IMG/VR virus record: IMGVR_UViG_3300017435_000003
Coordinates: 1,273 to 65,272 of that record
Strand: one strand, 5' to 3'
Length of the DNA: 64,000 nucleotides
Source: a virus
Taxonomy: Duplodnaviria > Caudoviricetes
Part shown: piece after piece, positions 36,028-45,434 of the stretch
Layout: each line of letters opens with the position of its first letter
How positions within the stretch are numbered: position 1 is the stretch's first letter
Translations under genes and position numbers: made by a program
The notes under the pieces: model-generated
Database searches by the model: none
What the model saw: the letters and a program-made list of their open reading frames with translations, nothing else
What the model was told of the DNA's origin: nothing

Positions 36028-36109
36028 GAGGGGCTGAGGTTTACCCCAGCCCCTCCCGTTGCGCCAGCGGTTAGACCCTGGCGCGTGATACGGGGGCACC
36101 AAGCCCCCG
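36028..36109 (-). terminator. Three tandem hairpins after the major capsid gene, the last followed by TTCTT
   Basis: Inverted repeats at 36091-36109, 36061-36084 and 36028-36055. Confidence 0.55.
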
Positions 36110-36115
36110 CCCCTG

Positions 36116-37195
36116 TTATCCGGTTGCGGTCGCTCGCATGAGCGCCTTGGGATAGATGCAGGCGTACAGCGGATAGGACCGCAGGACGATGTCGACGTAC
36201 TCCGGCATCGCCTCGCGCACATCCGGCTGGATGTAGAGGTACTCCGGACGGCCCGGATCGGTGACGTCCTTGAGCGTCTCGCCGGGCGCCCAATAGACGT
36301 TGAACACGTCCTGCGCACCGATGGGGAAGAACACCGCGTCGTTGGTCGGCACGGCGATCTCGGCGTTGGTCGAGCCCCGGTAGTGGATCCACTCGACACC
36401 GGCGAACCACAGGCGGCCCCAGAGGTTCGGACGCGCGAGCTCGCTGTTCTGCATCGACAGGAGCGCGCCCTGCTGCTGCAGCTTGTAGAACTCCCGCACC
36501 GCCGGGTGACGCATCAGCTTCGACCAGAAGCCGTCGCCGACCAGCGCGCCGATCCGGACGTTGGGATTGGCGCGGTTCTTGAGCGCCAGGATCATCGGCT
36601 GGAGGAAGGTCTCCTGGATGTCCATCATCAGATCTTCTTCGGACGTGGTCCCGAAATTGATCGCCACGGGGGTCGGCTCGGCGATGCCGTATTCCGTGAA
36701 GAAGTTGATGATGTACGAGGTGCCGTCCAGACGAGTGGTGACGAGCTTGCCCTGCAGCGCGCCGTAGCGATGCAGTTCCTTGGTCGCTTCCATGTCCGAC
36801 TTAAGACGCTGCGTGCGCGTGTTGACCAGGTCGGTCGCGTTGCGCAGGCGGACGCTTTCGGGGAACGCCGTGTTCGCGACGCCGAAGAGCTCGCCGGCGC
36901 GAACCGTATCCTTCTTCGACAGACGCGACGTGCTCAGAGCACGCAGGCGGCCCTGATCGCGGATCTGCATCGCATCCGGGCCACCGCGCTCGGTGACGGG
37001 GATGATGGTGACGCTGCCGTCTTCCTCATAGAGGAGCACTTCCTTGGTGATGATCGGCTTCGGGTCGAACAGACCCATCTGGCCGATTTCCTGCGGGATG
37101 TAGGGCGTGTTGTCGACGACGCGCTGGAGCGACTGCACCGAAAAGGCGTCGTTCTTAAAGATGTCGAGAGTAAGTTCCATTTTCGGTAGCTCCAA
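36116..37195 (-). CDS. Major capsid protein (lambda gpE-like)
   Basis: LDIFKNDAFS, ERGGP, RLSKKDTVRAGEL, ATKELHRYGALQG, RSYPLYAC. Confidence 0.9.
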   Translation of the reverse strand: MELPKMELTLDIFKNDAFSVQSLQRVVDNTPYIPQEIGQMGLFDPKPIITKEVLLYEEDGSVTIIPVTERGGPDAMQIRDQGRLRALSTSRLSKKDTVRAGELFGVANTAFPESVRLRNATDLVNTRTQRLKSDMEATKELHRYGALQGKLVTTRLDGTSYIINFFTEYGIAEPTPVAINFGTTSEEDLMMDIQETFLQPMILALKNRANPNVRIGALVGDGFWSKLMRHPAVREFYKLQQQGALLSMQNSELARPNLWGRLWFAGVEWIHYRGSTNAEIAVPTNDAVFFPIGAQDVFNVYWAPGETLKDVTDPGRPEYLYIQPDVREAMPEYVDIVLRSYPLYACIYPKALMRATATG

Positions 37196-37226
37196 GCGGC
37201 TCGAAGTGCGGTCGAGGCGGTCCCGG

Positions 37227-37616
37227 TCAGACGAGGATGATGATCGTCATCGCTTCCGCAGCAGCGATGAGGGCGGCCTTCTGGGGCGTCGAGAGCGCTT
37301 CGTAGCCAGGGATGGCGTGGGCGTTCATCTGCACTTCGCGGACGGTAGCAACGCCGCGTTGCGCAGCGGCCGACGCCGGGCGGTCGTCCCACAGGAAGCC
37401 GGCAAGGGTCTGCGAACCGTCAGAACCAGCCGGATTGTAGTGGGTGTACTGGCCGCCAGAGGTCAGCTTGCCGAGCGGCTCGCAGGCCTTGTACGGCGTG
37501 CCGGGCGAGGCCGCGAGGGTGACTTCCTTGTTCGCGCGCTCATAGACGATCTCGCCGACGAGTGCGTGGCCGGCTCCCCGAAGGAAGGGGCTCGTGGTCT
37601 TGAGGACTCCGGGCAT
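37227..37616 (-). CDS. Head decoration protein (gpD-like)
   Basis: LGKLTSGGQYTHYNPAGSDGSQTLAGFL motif; directly upstream of the capsid gene. Confidence 0.85.
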   Translation of the reverse strand: MPGVLKTTSPFLRGAGHALVGEIVYERANKEVTLAASPGTPYKACEPLGKLTSGGQYTHYNPAGSDGSQTLAGFLWDDRPASAAAQRGVATVREVQMNAHAIPGYEALSTPQKAALIAAAEAMTIIILV

Positions 37617-37631
37617 TGACGTACTCCTACC

Positions 37632-38354
37632 TTAGTTGCCGGTGGGACGAAGTGCCCCGGGCTTGTTGCCAAGAGGTGCGCCCGCGGTGACGAACGCGCC
37701 ACCATCAGAGCGAGCGAGCGTCGCGCCCGACATCGCGCCCACGCGCTTGCTGCTCTCGTCCCAGGCGTCGTCCGCGTCCGGCGTGTTGCCGCCGGCGTCG
37801 AGAGCGGCTTGCGGGTTGCCGCGGCCAAGATCGATGTTGGTGTCGGCGATCACCTGGCCGCCAGCAGCAGCGCCGGGCTTGGCGCCCGGGAAGGTTGCGA
37901 GCGACTTCACAATGCTCTCCGCAGTTGCATCCGGGCCATTGGCGAGGAGCCAAGCGGCCTGCATGGGGTTGGCCTGGCCTTCGGCCGACGCAAACACGTC
38001 GGCGGTGCGGCGGTTCTCGGCGAGGCGGCCGGCGCGGTGCTGCTCCGCGGCTACCGCTGCAGCATCCTCTGCGGAGACCACGGCCTGCGAGCCTGCGGCA
38101 TCGGACGCGGGTTGCTCAACGGCGCCGGCGTCGTCGGACGCGGTCTCGGTCTCGGACTGTTCGGTTGTGGTGCCGGCATCGGACTGCTCCGTCGTTGTGC
38201 CTTCGCCTTCCGGCTTATCGGCCTCTTCGGTGGTGGTGCCTGCGCCCTCACCCGACTGCGCGGGGGGATCGCCGGCCGGGTCAGCGCCGAGCAAACGGCT
38301 TGCCATCGAGGCCAGCGAGGCCCGCGACATGAGTGAAAACTTGGCTCCGGACAT
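37632..38354 (-). CDS. Capsid scaffolding protein (Nu3-like)
   Basis: Ala/Glu-rich protein between the protease and decoration genes. Confidence 0.6.
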   Translation of the reverse strand: MSGAKFSLMSRASLASMASRLLGADPAGDPPAQSGEGAGTTTEEADKPEGEGTTTEQSDAGTTTEQSETETASDDAGAVEQPASDAAGSQAVVSAEDAAAVAAEQHRAGRLAENRRTADVFASAEGQANPMQAAWLLANGPDATAESIVKSLATFPGAKPGAAAGGQVIADTNIDLGRGNPQAALDAGGNTPDADDAWDESSKRVGAMSGATLARSDGGAFVTAGAPLGNKPGALRPTGN

Positions 38355-38365
38355 AAAAACGATCC

Positions 38366-39331
38366 CTAGCTACGAGCGACTAACTGCTCCAGTTCCATCC
38401 AAGCCTCTGGCTCAGACATCACTGCGTCGATCAAGCCGGTGGCCAGGGCTCGAGCGCCTGTATAAACGCGGCCATCGATTTCTCCAATAACGGAGTTGGT
38501 GAGGCGCGGACGGTAAATACCGACCTGCCGAGCAAAGACGGCATCGGCCTCCTCGCACGATTCCTGGAGCTCTTTCATTTCGGTCGCGTCGAGTTTTTCG
38601 AGAGGTCCGCCACGCGCTTTACGATCGCGGCTGCGGAAGATCGTGACGTTGACGCCATCCTCCTCGAGCGCGTCCGAATATTCGGCGTGGAGGATCACGC
38701 AGCCAATCGAACCGCACTGGCCGAGCTCCGGCATGATGACGCGGTCGCACGCCGCTGCGATCGCATAGCATGCCGACGCGGAGTAATCGGCGCACATCGC
38801 CCACTTGGGTTTGCCGCCGAAGCGCGCGCTGTTGCTGTAGATCGCGTCGGTGAGATCGAACAAACCGTCCACCGCGCCGCCGCCGGAGTTCATGTCGAAC
38901 CAGATCGCTTTGACCGCCTGGTTCTCTTCGGCGTGGATCATCTGCGTCCACAATCCGTCATACCCGGTGGCGCCGCTGTACGGCCCAATACCCCACGACC
39001 GCTTGAGCGTGCCCTTCACCGGCAGGATCGCAATGCCACTATCGGTGAGCGCGTACGGGGGCGAGTTGCCGAAGTAGACGAGCTCACTCTGCGCCGACTG
39101 CATCGACGGAATGTCGGCCGGGCCAGCCCCGCGCTCTGCCGCGGAGATCCGACCCATCGCCGCAAGGTCCGCCATCGCCCGGGCATCCATCACCGACGAT
39201 TCATCTACGAGCGCGCGGATGTCCATGCGGCCGGACAGCGCTGCAACAATCATCTGCGCCTGCGCTGGGGCAAGCGCGTGCGGCCGCCCGAAGAGCGACT
39301 GCATCACGAAGGGGAGATATTGCGCCATCAC
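38366..39331 (-). CDS. Head maturation protease, S49/SppA family (gpC-like)
   Basis: AILPVKGTL, DMNSGGG, SACYAIAAAC, GSIG, YTGARALATGLID. Confidence 0.9.
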   Translation of the reverse strand: MMAQYLPFVMQSLFGRPHALAPAQAQMIVAALSGRMDIRALVDESSVMDARAMADLAAMGRISAAERGAGPADIPSMQSAQSELVYFGNSPPYALTDSGIAILPVKGTLKRSWGIGPYSGATGYDGLWTQMIHAEENQAVKAIWFDMNSGGGAVDGLFDLTDAIYSNSARFGGKPKWAMCADYSASACYAIAAACDRVIMPELGQCGSIGCVILHAEYSDALEEDGVNVTIFRSRDRKARGGPLEKLDATEMKELQESCEEADAVFARQVGIYRPRLTNSVIGEIDGRVYTGARALATGLIDAVMSEPEAWMELEQLVARS

Positions 39332-41022
39332 TGATCCTCGTTCGTTGCGCCGTCGCCATCACCGTCGCGAGCCTCGCCGCCGGCTCCGCGCTTCTTCGGC
39401 TTGGGCTTCGGTTCGCCGTCTCCACCGTCGGGCGTTCCTGTCTCCGCTCCAGCCGCACCAGGGGTGCCAGGCGCGAGGGGATCGAGCTCGAAGTCGCGAT
39501 CCTCCGCTTCCTGCCGCTCCAACTGGATGTCGTCGAACACGTCGACCAGGTTCTCGCCCTCCTGCGCCATGATCTTCCGGCGCGAGGTCAGTTTCTTGTC
39601 GAGGCGGATGGCCTGCGCCTTTGCCTCCTTCTCCGGATCGGGCTGCGGCATCGCCGGACCGAAGAACTCGCATGATGTCCACGCGGCCCGGTTTTCGTCG
39701 AAGTCGGCACCGGCGGGGATACCGTCTAGCCGCCCCTTCTTCCACGCCTCCTCGATCACGGCGCCGTAGATCGGCGCGGCGTAGTGCTGGCCGAACCACA
39801 TGCGCAGCTTGAGGATGTTCACCCACGCGTCGGTGATCGCCATACGAGCAGACGACATGTTCGCGTCGCCGAACTTCTGGCCCAGCTGCTCGAAGCTGAG
39901 ACCCAGCGCCGATGAGAACATGCGCAGGAAGCCATCGCGCAACGCGGATGGATCCTCCATCGCGCGATTGACCGCCTCCATGACGATCTTGTCGCCAGGC
40001 GGTACGACGGCCAGGCGGTTGCCGCCGATCCGCATCTTGGCCTTGTCGTAGTAATTCAGCTTTTTGTCGAACATCGTCCACGCAGCATCGACGTTAGCCT
40101 GCGTGGTGGGAGCGGCTGGGGCCAGGTTCTCGGCGACCACCTCCGGCGGGGCCGCGGACTCGATCCACGTTCCGAGCACCTGGTTGATGATCGCGGCCGC
40201 GAGGTAGGCGTCATCGAACTTGTCGACCATGCCGGTCTGCTTGATGATCGTGACCAGCGTGGAGATCCCACGCAGGGCGGCGGCGCGGTTCTTGACGAAC
40301 CAGTGCAGGCCCACCGGGCGGCCAGATGATGTCTCGCGCGGCACCATCGCGTATGAGGGATCGCCCGTGAAGTCGCCCGGGTGATGCTTGCGCGCGAAGA
40401 AACCGATCCAGCGACCATCGGGATCAAGGATCATGCCATCCTGGACATTGTCGTTCCCGACGTGGTCGGCTGGCGTCTCGATCCGGTCGGGGTCGATGAC
40501 GGTGAAGTACGTCGCCCAGCGGGTGCGGTAAGCCTTCGCACGCTTCTCATCGTAGTGGATGACACCGGCGCATTCGCCATCGGCAGCGGTGAGGTTGCGG
40601 AAGGCCAGCCACATCATGCCGCCAAAGTCGTAGTGTCCCTCGCCGTCTTGCAGCAGGCGCGTGTCGTAGCCCCAATTGCGGAACTCGCGCCGCATCGACT
40701 TGACGATCTTCTCCTGCGTGTCCTTGTCGGTGATGCCGAGCATCTCCCAATCGGGACGCGGGTTGACCATGAGCCGGGGGCCGACGACGTAGTCAGCTTT
40801 CTTGTCGATGCCGCCCCGGATGTGCTCGGATTGGCGTTCGATGTGACGCGCGGCGCGAACGATGTCCTTGCGGCTCTTGCGCCCTTCCTCACGCGCCGAT
40901 GTCGTGGGCGGCTTGGTGAAGATCTCGCCGGCGAAGGACTCGACGTTGGGGAAGTAAGCGGCAGAGCCAGACAGCAAGCCCGTGCGCGCGACCGTTGCCT
41001 CCGGGTTGTAGTACGACATCAT
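39328..41022 (-). CDS. Portal protein (lambda gpB-like)
   Basis: ARHIERQS, VVGPRL, DGECA, LRGIS, LGLSFEQL...ANMSSAR, QPDPEKEAKA. Confidence 0.92.
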   Translation of the reverse strand: MMSYYNPEATVARTGLLSGSAAYFPNVESFAGEIFTKPPTTSAREEGRKSRKDIVRAARHIERQSEHIRGGIDKKADYVVGPRLMVNPRPDWEMLGITDKDTQEKIVKSMRREFRNWGYDTRLLQDGEGHYDFGGMMWLAFRNLTAADGECAGVIHYDEKRAKAYRTRWATYFTVIDPDRIETPADHVGNDNVQDGMILDPDGRWIGFFARKHHPGDFTGDPSYAMVPRETSSGRPVGLHWFVKNRAAALRGISTLVTIIKQTGMVDKFDDAYLAAAIINQVLGTWIESAAPPEVVAENLAPAAPTTQANVDAAWTMFDKKLNYYDKAKMRIGGNRLAVVPPGDKIVMEAVNRAMEDPSALRDGFLRMFSSALGLSFEQLGQKFGDANMSSARMAITDAWVNILKLRMWFGQHYAAPIYGAVIEEAWKKGRLDGIPAGADFDENRAAWTSCEFFGPAMPQPDPEKEAKAQAIRLDKKLTSRRKIMAQEGENLVDVFDDIQLERQEAEDRDFELDPLAPGTPGAAGAETGTPDGGDGEPKPKPKKRGAGGEARDGDGDGATNEDQ

Positions 41023-41267
41023 CCGATCTCCACAGCAATGGCGCCGCCGGAGCCACCAATAGGCAGGCCGCGCTGGCGGGCCTCGTAGTAGAGGACGCGG
41101 AGCTCTTCATCCAAGCCCCTGATCGAAGTCTTGGTGTACTCGATCCGGCGGCCTTCACCGGCGATCACGCCGACGCCACCTCCGAACATCGCTTCCTTGC
41201 GCGCTGCCCGATACTGCTCGATCTCGGCGATGAGCAGTTCGTCCGTAAGATCTGCGTAGGGACGCAT
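41019..41267 (-). CDS. Head-tail adaptor (gpW-like)
   Basis: 82 aa between terminase and portal; GEGRRIEYT motif. Confidence 0.75.
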   Translation of the reverse strand: MRPYADLTDELLIAEIEQYRAARKEAMFGGGVGVIAGEGRRIEYTKTSIRGLDEELRVLYYEARQRGLPIGGSGGAIAVEIG

Positions 41268-43388
41268 CTAAACCCCCGAGTTCAGTTTCAGCAGGCGGTC
41301 GAGCGCCGTCTCTCGCGGAGATAGCACAGCTTCCTCACCCTGTCCGCGCGGTTTCGGCTTGGCCCACACCGGCGGATTGCTCCAGTCGATCTCGCGGTTG
41401 TCGGCGCCCAATGTCTCGCGCGCCACCTCGCAGGCCACGAAGCCATCGAAGGTCTCGTTGCGCGCGTAGCGCTGCACCCACTTGCCGTTGACCATGTGCT
41501 CGGCGGTGAGTTCCTGGAAGTACCGCGGCGAGATGTTGGAGGGGAAGTGGATGCGCCCCGGGCCCGGCGTCTCGATCTTCATGCGCAAGGTGATGAGGCG
41601 CTTGAGATCGTGCACGTTGACCGCGCGCTCGTAGACTGGAACGTGCAGCGGGCGGCCCTGCTCATCGTGGGTGATCTGCTTGGGCTTGCCGTAGAGCTCA
41701 CCTTTGGCCGTCGCCGCGCCGATCATGAGCATGAGCTTATACATCGGGATGCCATAGCTCCCGTAAGCCTTGCTCGCGAACAAGCGCGCGTTGTGCTGCG
41801 CGCCGGGCTGACCAGCGGAGTTGAGCACCGTCTTGGCGATCGGCATGAACAGCGGCTCGAGCCCAGCCGATACCCGCTCCTCGTTCGATGCCAGCGGGTA
41901 GTGCGCGTTGATCACGCTCTTGAGCAGCACGTCAAAGTCGCCGACGCGGTTGCCAGGATCGATGTTGTCGAACGCACCGTGCGCTTCGTCGGCTGGCCAG
42001 TTCTTGATCTGGAACGCGTCGATCAACCAGGACTGGCGCGCGAGATCCCACCCGATGACTCGTACCTCGAAGCGATCACCCTGGATGTCGACGAAGGCCG
42101 TGAGGAACTTCACGCCAGCCGGAACCTTGCGCATGTCGTAATTCGAGGTGAGGCGCGCGGCCACCACCTTCGCGTTCTCCATCTGCTCTTCGGGCTTGGA
42201 AGCGGATGGCGTCTCGCCGAGCTTCTTCACCACGACTTCGCGCAAGTGGGTGTCCTGCCCGGTGTTCTGGTAAGACAGCATGGCCGCGGCCCAATCGCGC
42301 GCGGTCTCTGGCAGCTTCACGAACGGCGCCATGAACGCGTGGATCACGAAACCCATCCACGGCTGAACCAGATCCTCGCCAGTGACTGTGCCGTCCTCGT
42401 TCCAGACCTGGTGACGCTGCAGCCACCGCCCCGAGTTCATCAACGGCAAGCGCTCCGATGGCGGAAACGACGCGCCGCACCCCTCGTGCGGGCACTCAAG
42501 CTCGACGTGAGCGGCGACGTGGTTGAGGAAATCGACGCGGTCCATCTCTTCGGCCAGCCCCATCATGGAGGGCAGGTTCCAGTACAGACGGTGCCCGCCC
42601 CATTCCTCCACTTCGGCGGCTGGCGATGACGCGCCGCCGCAGTGCGGGCAACGGACAAACCACAGGTGCACGAGCGCGTCCTTGAGCGCGAGGTCGATGC
42701 CGCCATCGGGGCCCGCGTCAGGGTGCGAGCACAGGTAGGCCTTGGCCGCTGTGCCGAACTCTTCCTGGCGCGACGTGATCAGCGTCATGATCGCATCGCG
42801 AACTTTCTTGATGTACGCGTCGATCTCGTCGGCCACGATGATCGGCGCGGCCTTCGCGCGCAGCGCTCGCTGCGTGGCCGCGCGCCACAACCAGAGCGCG
42901 CGGCCCACCATCTTGCGCTTGCGGCCGTTCTTGCGGTCCGTCCAATCGATCTTCTCGTCCACCTCCGGGTGGATCGTCAGCATCTCTTCGCCGCGCTCAT
43001 CGATGTAGTCGTTGAGGGAGTCGTCGTCCTGCATGAACCACAGGACGTTTTTCACCGGACCGTACGTGGCATCCCGCAGGATCATCGACTCGGCTGAGAC
43101 GGTCTTACCCGACCGGGTGTTGCCCTTCACCAGGATGACGCGCACGTCCGGGTGGTCGCAGGCGTCGTTGATTTTCTCAAGGTAGGGGGTGAGGGTCGCG
43201 TCGTAATCGAAGGGCTCGCCGCCCTGGTTGACCATCTTCCGCTTGGTGCGGTTGAACTCGTTTATCGAAATCGACTTGGCAGGCAGCAGGCTATCCAGCC
43301 GCGCCGAGAATACATCCTTAGCCTTGGCGACGTAAGCGTGGCTTCCGAGCGCTTCTAGCTTTTGCAGCAGGAGTTCCGTCGACAGCAT
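41268..43388 (-). CDS. Terminase large subunit (lambda gpA-like)
   Basis: RSGKT Walker A, ADEID Walker B, CPHC...CPHEGC, LTAFVDIQGDR nuclease motif, NETFDGFVAC. Confidence 0.93.
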   Translation of the reverse strand: MLSTELLLQKLEALGSHAYVAKAKDVFSARLDSLLPAKSISINEFNRTKRKMVNQGGEPFDYDATLTPYLEKINDACDHPDVRVILVKGNTRSGKTVSAESMILRDATYGPVKNVLWFMQDDDSLNDYIDERGEEMLTIHPEVDEKIDWTDRKNGRKRKMVGRALWLWRAATQRALRAKAAPIIVADEIDAYIKKVRDAIMTLITSRQEEFGTAAKAYLCSHPDAGPDGGIDLALKDALVHLWFVRCPHCGGASSPAAEVEEWGGHRLYWNLPSMMGLAEEMDRVDFLNHVAAHVELECPHEGCGASFPPSERLPLMNSGRWLQRHQVWNEDGTVTGEDLVQPWMGFVIHAFMAPFVKLPETARDWAAAMLSYQNTGQDTHLREVVVKKLGETPSASKPEEQMENAKVVAARLTSNYDMRKVPAGVKFLTAFVDIQGDRFEVRVIGWDLARQSWLIDAFQIKNWPADEAHGAFDNIDPGNRVGDFDVLLKSVINAHYPLASNEERVSAGLEPLFMPIAKTVLNSAGQPGAQHNARLFASKAYGSYGIPMYKLMLMIGAATAKGELYGKPKQITHDEQGRPLHVPVYERAVNVHDLKRLITLRMKIETPGPGRIHFPSNISPRYFQELTAEHMVNGKWVQRYARNETFDGFVACEVARETLGADNREIDWSNPPVWAKPKPRGQGEEAVLSPRETALDRLLKLNSGV

Positions 43389-43968
43389 CGGCGAGTAGAG
43401 CCTTCAAGCGGTTGTGAACTTGCAATAACCGCGAGTGAGCGTTCGTGTCGATGAGCTTGCGCAGGTTCGGATCGAGCTTGCCGTGCGGATCGATCTTGTT
43501 GGACAGGCCGGTCATGAACTCGCTGATCTCCGAGAACACTGCGCCGGCGACGGCCGAAACTTCCGTAACCGGGACGTAGAGGCCTTGGGCGATCGCCCGC
43601 TGGTCCATTTCCGTCTGCAGGCGATTGAGGTGGATGATCTCCTGCGGCGTGTACCGCTTGAGCGCCTCTTCCATCTCGTCGCCCCCCAGCAGCGCCGCGT
43701 GGCGCTTGGCGCGCTCGAGCGATGCCGCTTGGTGGCGATCGAGGTAGGCGAGCATCGATTTGATGACGCCCACCTTGTCGTAGAGGTGTCGGTTCCCATC
43801 CTTCTCCGGATCCGGAAAGTCCGGAAACTCAACGTACTTGTTGACGAAACGCGGTTTGGAAACACCCCAGATCGCCGCGCACTCTTGGGTGTCCCAGCGC
43901 TCGCCCGGCTTGGCTGACGCCAGCGCAGCAGCAAGGTCGACTCTGCGCTGGGGATCAGTCTTTGCCAT
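43318..43968 (-). CDS. Terminase small subunit (Nu1-like)
   Basis: N-terminal wHTH (TQECAAIWGVS), coiled coil, GLYVPV; overlaps the large subunit gene. Confidence 0.8.
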   Translation of the reverse strand: MAKTDPQRRVDLAAALASAKPGERWDTQECAAIWGVSKPRFVNKYVEFPDFPDPEKDGNRHLYDKVGVIKSMLAYLDRHQAASLERAKRHAALLGGDEMEEALKRYTPQEIIHLNRLQTEMDQRAIAQGLYVPVTEVSAVAGAVFSEISEFMTGLSNKIDPHGKLDPNLRKLIDTNAHSRLLQVHNRLKALLADAVDGTPAAKARSARKPRLRRQG

Positions 43969-44490
43969 CTACCTGTTCGCGATCCGTATGAGCTCTTGCA
44001 GCACCCGGTATTCTTCATTCAGCCGAGCGAGCTTGTCCTCCATACGCTCAAAGCACCAAGAGACGAAACGCTCGTGGCTGTAGACCTTACGACGCGCTTC
44101 CTGGACCGTCGGCAGGAGGATGCTGTACGGGACATGCGCGAAGGCATCGGTGATGCCGGCGTTGTAATCCTTCCGCTGCTCTGGATGCCAAGTCACGCCC
44201 ACCAGCTTGATGAACATCGTGATCTCGTTCGCGACGAACTCAGCGATCGTACGCGGATCCTGATCCTCCAGCACCGCCATCTCGCTTGCGTAGACGTCGA
44301 CCAGTGTGGGCATTGCTTCGGCAAAGTTACCACGCTCGAGCGCAGCAGCGATGACATCATCGTGCTCGCGATTGCTTACGAGCGAGTATGCGTTCGATCT
44401 CACCAGCTGCAGCCTGATCGCTTGGGGAGAGTGGGTTGCCGGATCGGTCCGTGTAACGTCCGTCATCCGAACTGCGGGAGTATTTGCCAT
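43969..44490 (-). CDS. Putative helicase loader / replication protein P-like
   Basis: Directly downstream of the initiator, GAGG RBS; helical, with a weakly loader-like pattern. Confidence 0.45.
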   Translation of the reverse strand: MANTPAVRMTDVTRTDPATHSPQAIRLQLVRSNAYSLVSNREHDDVIAAALERGNFAEAMPTLVDVYASEMAVLEDQDPRTIAEFVANEITMFIKLVGVTWHPEQRKDYNAGITDAFAHVPYSILLPTVQEARRKVYSHERFVSWCFERMEDKLARLNEEYRVLQELIRIANR

Positions 44491-45310
44491 TGATAACCTC
44501 GCGGAACATTGCGGCCTTCACGAGCCAGGAGAGCGTGAGCTTGAACGGGTTTTCGCGGCCGCCCGAAGGTGGAACGCGACCCTGCAGGAATCGGCTGCTG
44601 CGTATCTCCGCGAACACGCGCTCCCAGACATCGCGCTCGCTCTCGCCTTTCACCTTGTGCTGCTCGGTCCGCAGCCGGATCGTGTGCGCCAGGCCGTCGT
44701 CGATCTTCCGGATTCCTGCGATGCCGGGATGCTCCGCTTTAAGCACGCACCACTCGTCTTCGATCCACTGGACGAGGTCAAAGGGCTTATCGACGATCTC
44801 ACCTGATCCACCGAACAGATCCTTCCCCTCAAAGGAGGGCCCTTTCGTAGAAAGGGAGGAATCTTCTAATTGAGAGGTTCTTTCTAAAAGAGGTTCCCTG
44901 CTAGGTTCACCAGTGACCCGGGGGCCAGGGTCATAGCTGTGACCCGGGGCTAGGGTCAGATTGACCCTAGGGTCAGATTGCGAAACGTAGTCGTCTTCCT
45001 CTTCGTCATCGCTCTCGATCACCGCGATTTCGCCGACCTTGATCCTGTACTTGTTGCTGCTGCGTCCGCCATTTTCGCGCCACATCACTTCGACGTGCTC
45101 GATGAAACCGCGATCTATCAGGATGCCGATGAAACGCTTCGCCGACGGGCGACTGATCTCGGCTTTCTCGGCCATCGTCTTGAGGGACGGCCACACGCAA
45201 TAGTCGCGCTTGCCGACGTGGCTGCACAATACCATCAGCAGGCGCCATGGTCCGGGATCGAGGCCGCGCACCTCCATCGCCCAATTGATTGCTTTCATGT
45301 TGCGGTTCAT
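44357..45310 (-). CDS. Replication initiator (N-terminal HTH_36-like winged helix, lambda O-like layout)
   Basis: AINWA, CVWPSLKTMAEKAEISRPS, NKYRI; central low-complexity segment carries DNA repeats. Confidence 0.85.
   Translation of the reverse strand: MNRNMKAINWAMEVRGLDPGPWRLLMVLCSHVGKRDYCVWPSLKTMAEKAEISRPSAKRFIGILIDRGFIEHVEVMWRENGGRSSNKYRIKVGEIAVIESDDEEEDDYVSQSDPRVNLTLAPGHSYDPGPRVTGEPSREPLLERTSQLEDSSLSTKGPSFEGKDLFGGSGEIVDKPFDLVQWIEDEWCVLKAEHPGIAGIRKIDDGLAHTIRLRTEQHKVKGESERDVWERVFAEIRSSRFLQGRVPPSGGRENPFKLTLSWLVKAAMFREVINGKYSRSSDDGRYTDRSGNPLSPSDQAAAGEIERILARKQSRAR
44914..44980. repeat. Putative origin iterons: three TGACCC-Nx-GGGTCA palindromes plus TAGGGTCAGATTG twice
   Basis: 44914-44933, 44940-44958 and 44962-44975 inside the initiator gene, next to an AT-richer stretch at about 44860-44890. 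Confidence 0.7.
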
Positions 45311-45327
45311 TTGCCTTGCCCTTTCAG

Positions 45328-45356
45328 TTGCGGGCAGAGGCGAGCGTGACTATAAA
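45328..45356 (+). promoter_or_regulatory. Sigma70-type promoter antisense to the initiator leader
   Basis: TTGCGG(45328-45333)-17 nt-TATAAA(45351-45356). Confidence 0.6.
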
Positions 45357-45362
45357 GTTCGC

Positions 45363-45434
45363 GAGCGTCACGCTCGTCTCTTGCCCGAGACATCCTGCCC
45401 CTCGGAGTTTCGCGACTCCGGGGGGCACTTCATT
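45363..45434 (+). ncRNA. Candidate countertranscribed antisense RNA (about 70 nt)
   Basis: Starts just after the promoter; three hairpins (GAGCG/CGCTC, GTCTC/GAGAC, GCCCCTCGGAG/CTCCGGGGGGC), then ACTTCATTT. Confidence 0.45.

Noticed and set aside
14213-36629. Minus-strand CTGATGA matches (TCATCAG near 14213, 15592, 19840 and 36624)
   Set aside because: All lie inside coding sequence and I found no matching GAAA and flanking stems
44486-44496. TATCAATGGCA as a fourth copy of the TATTAACRGCA motif
   Set aside because: Two mismatches, and it coincides with an RBS/ATG, so it is probably chance
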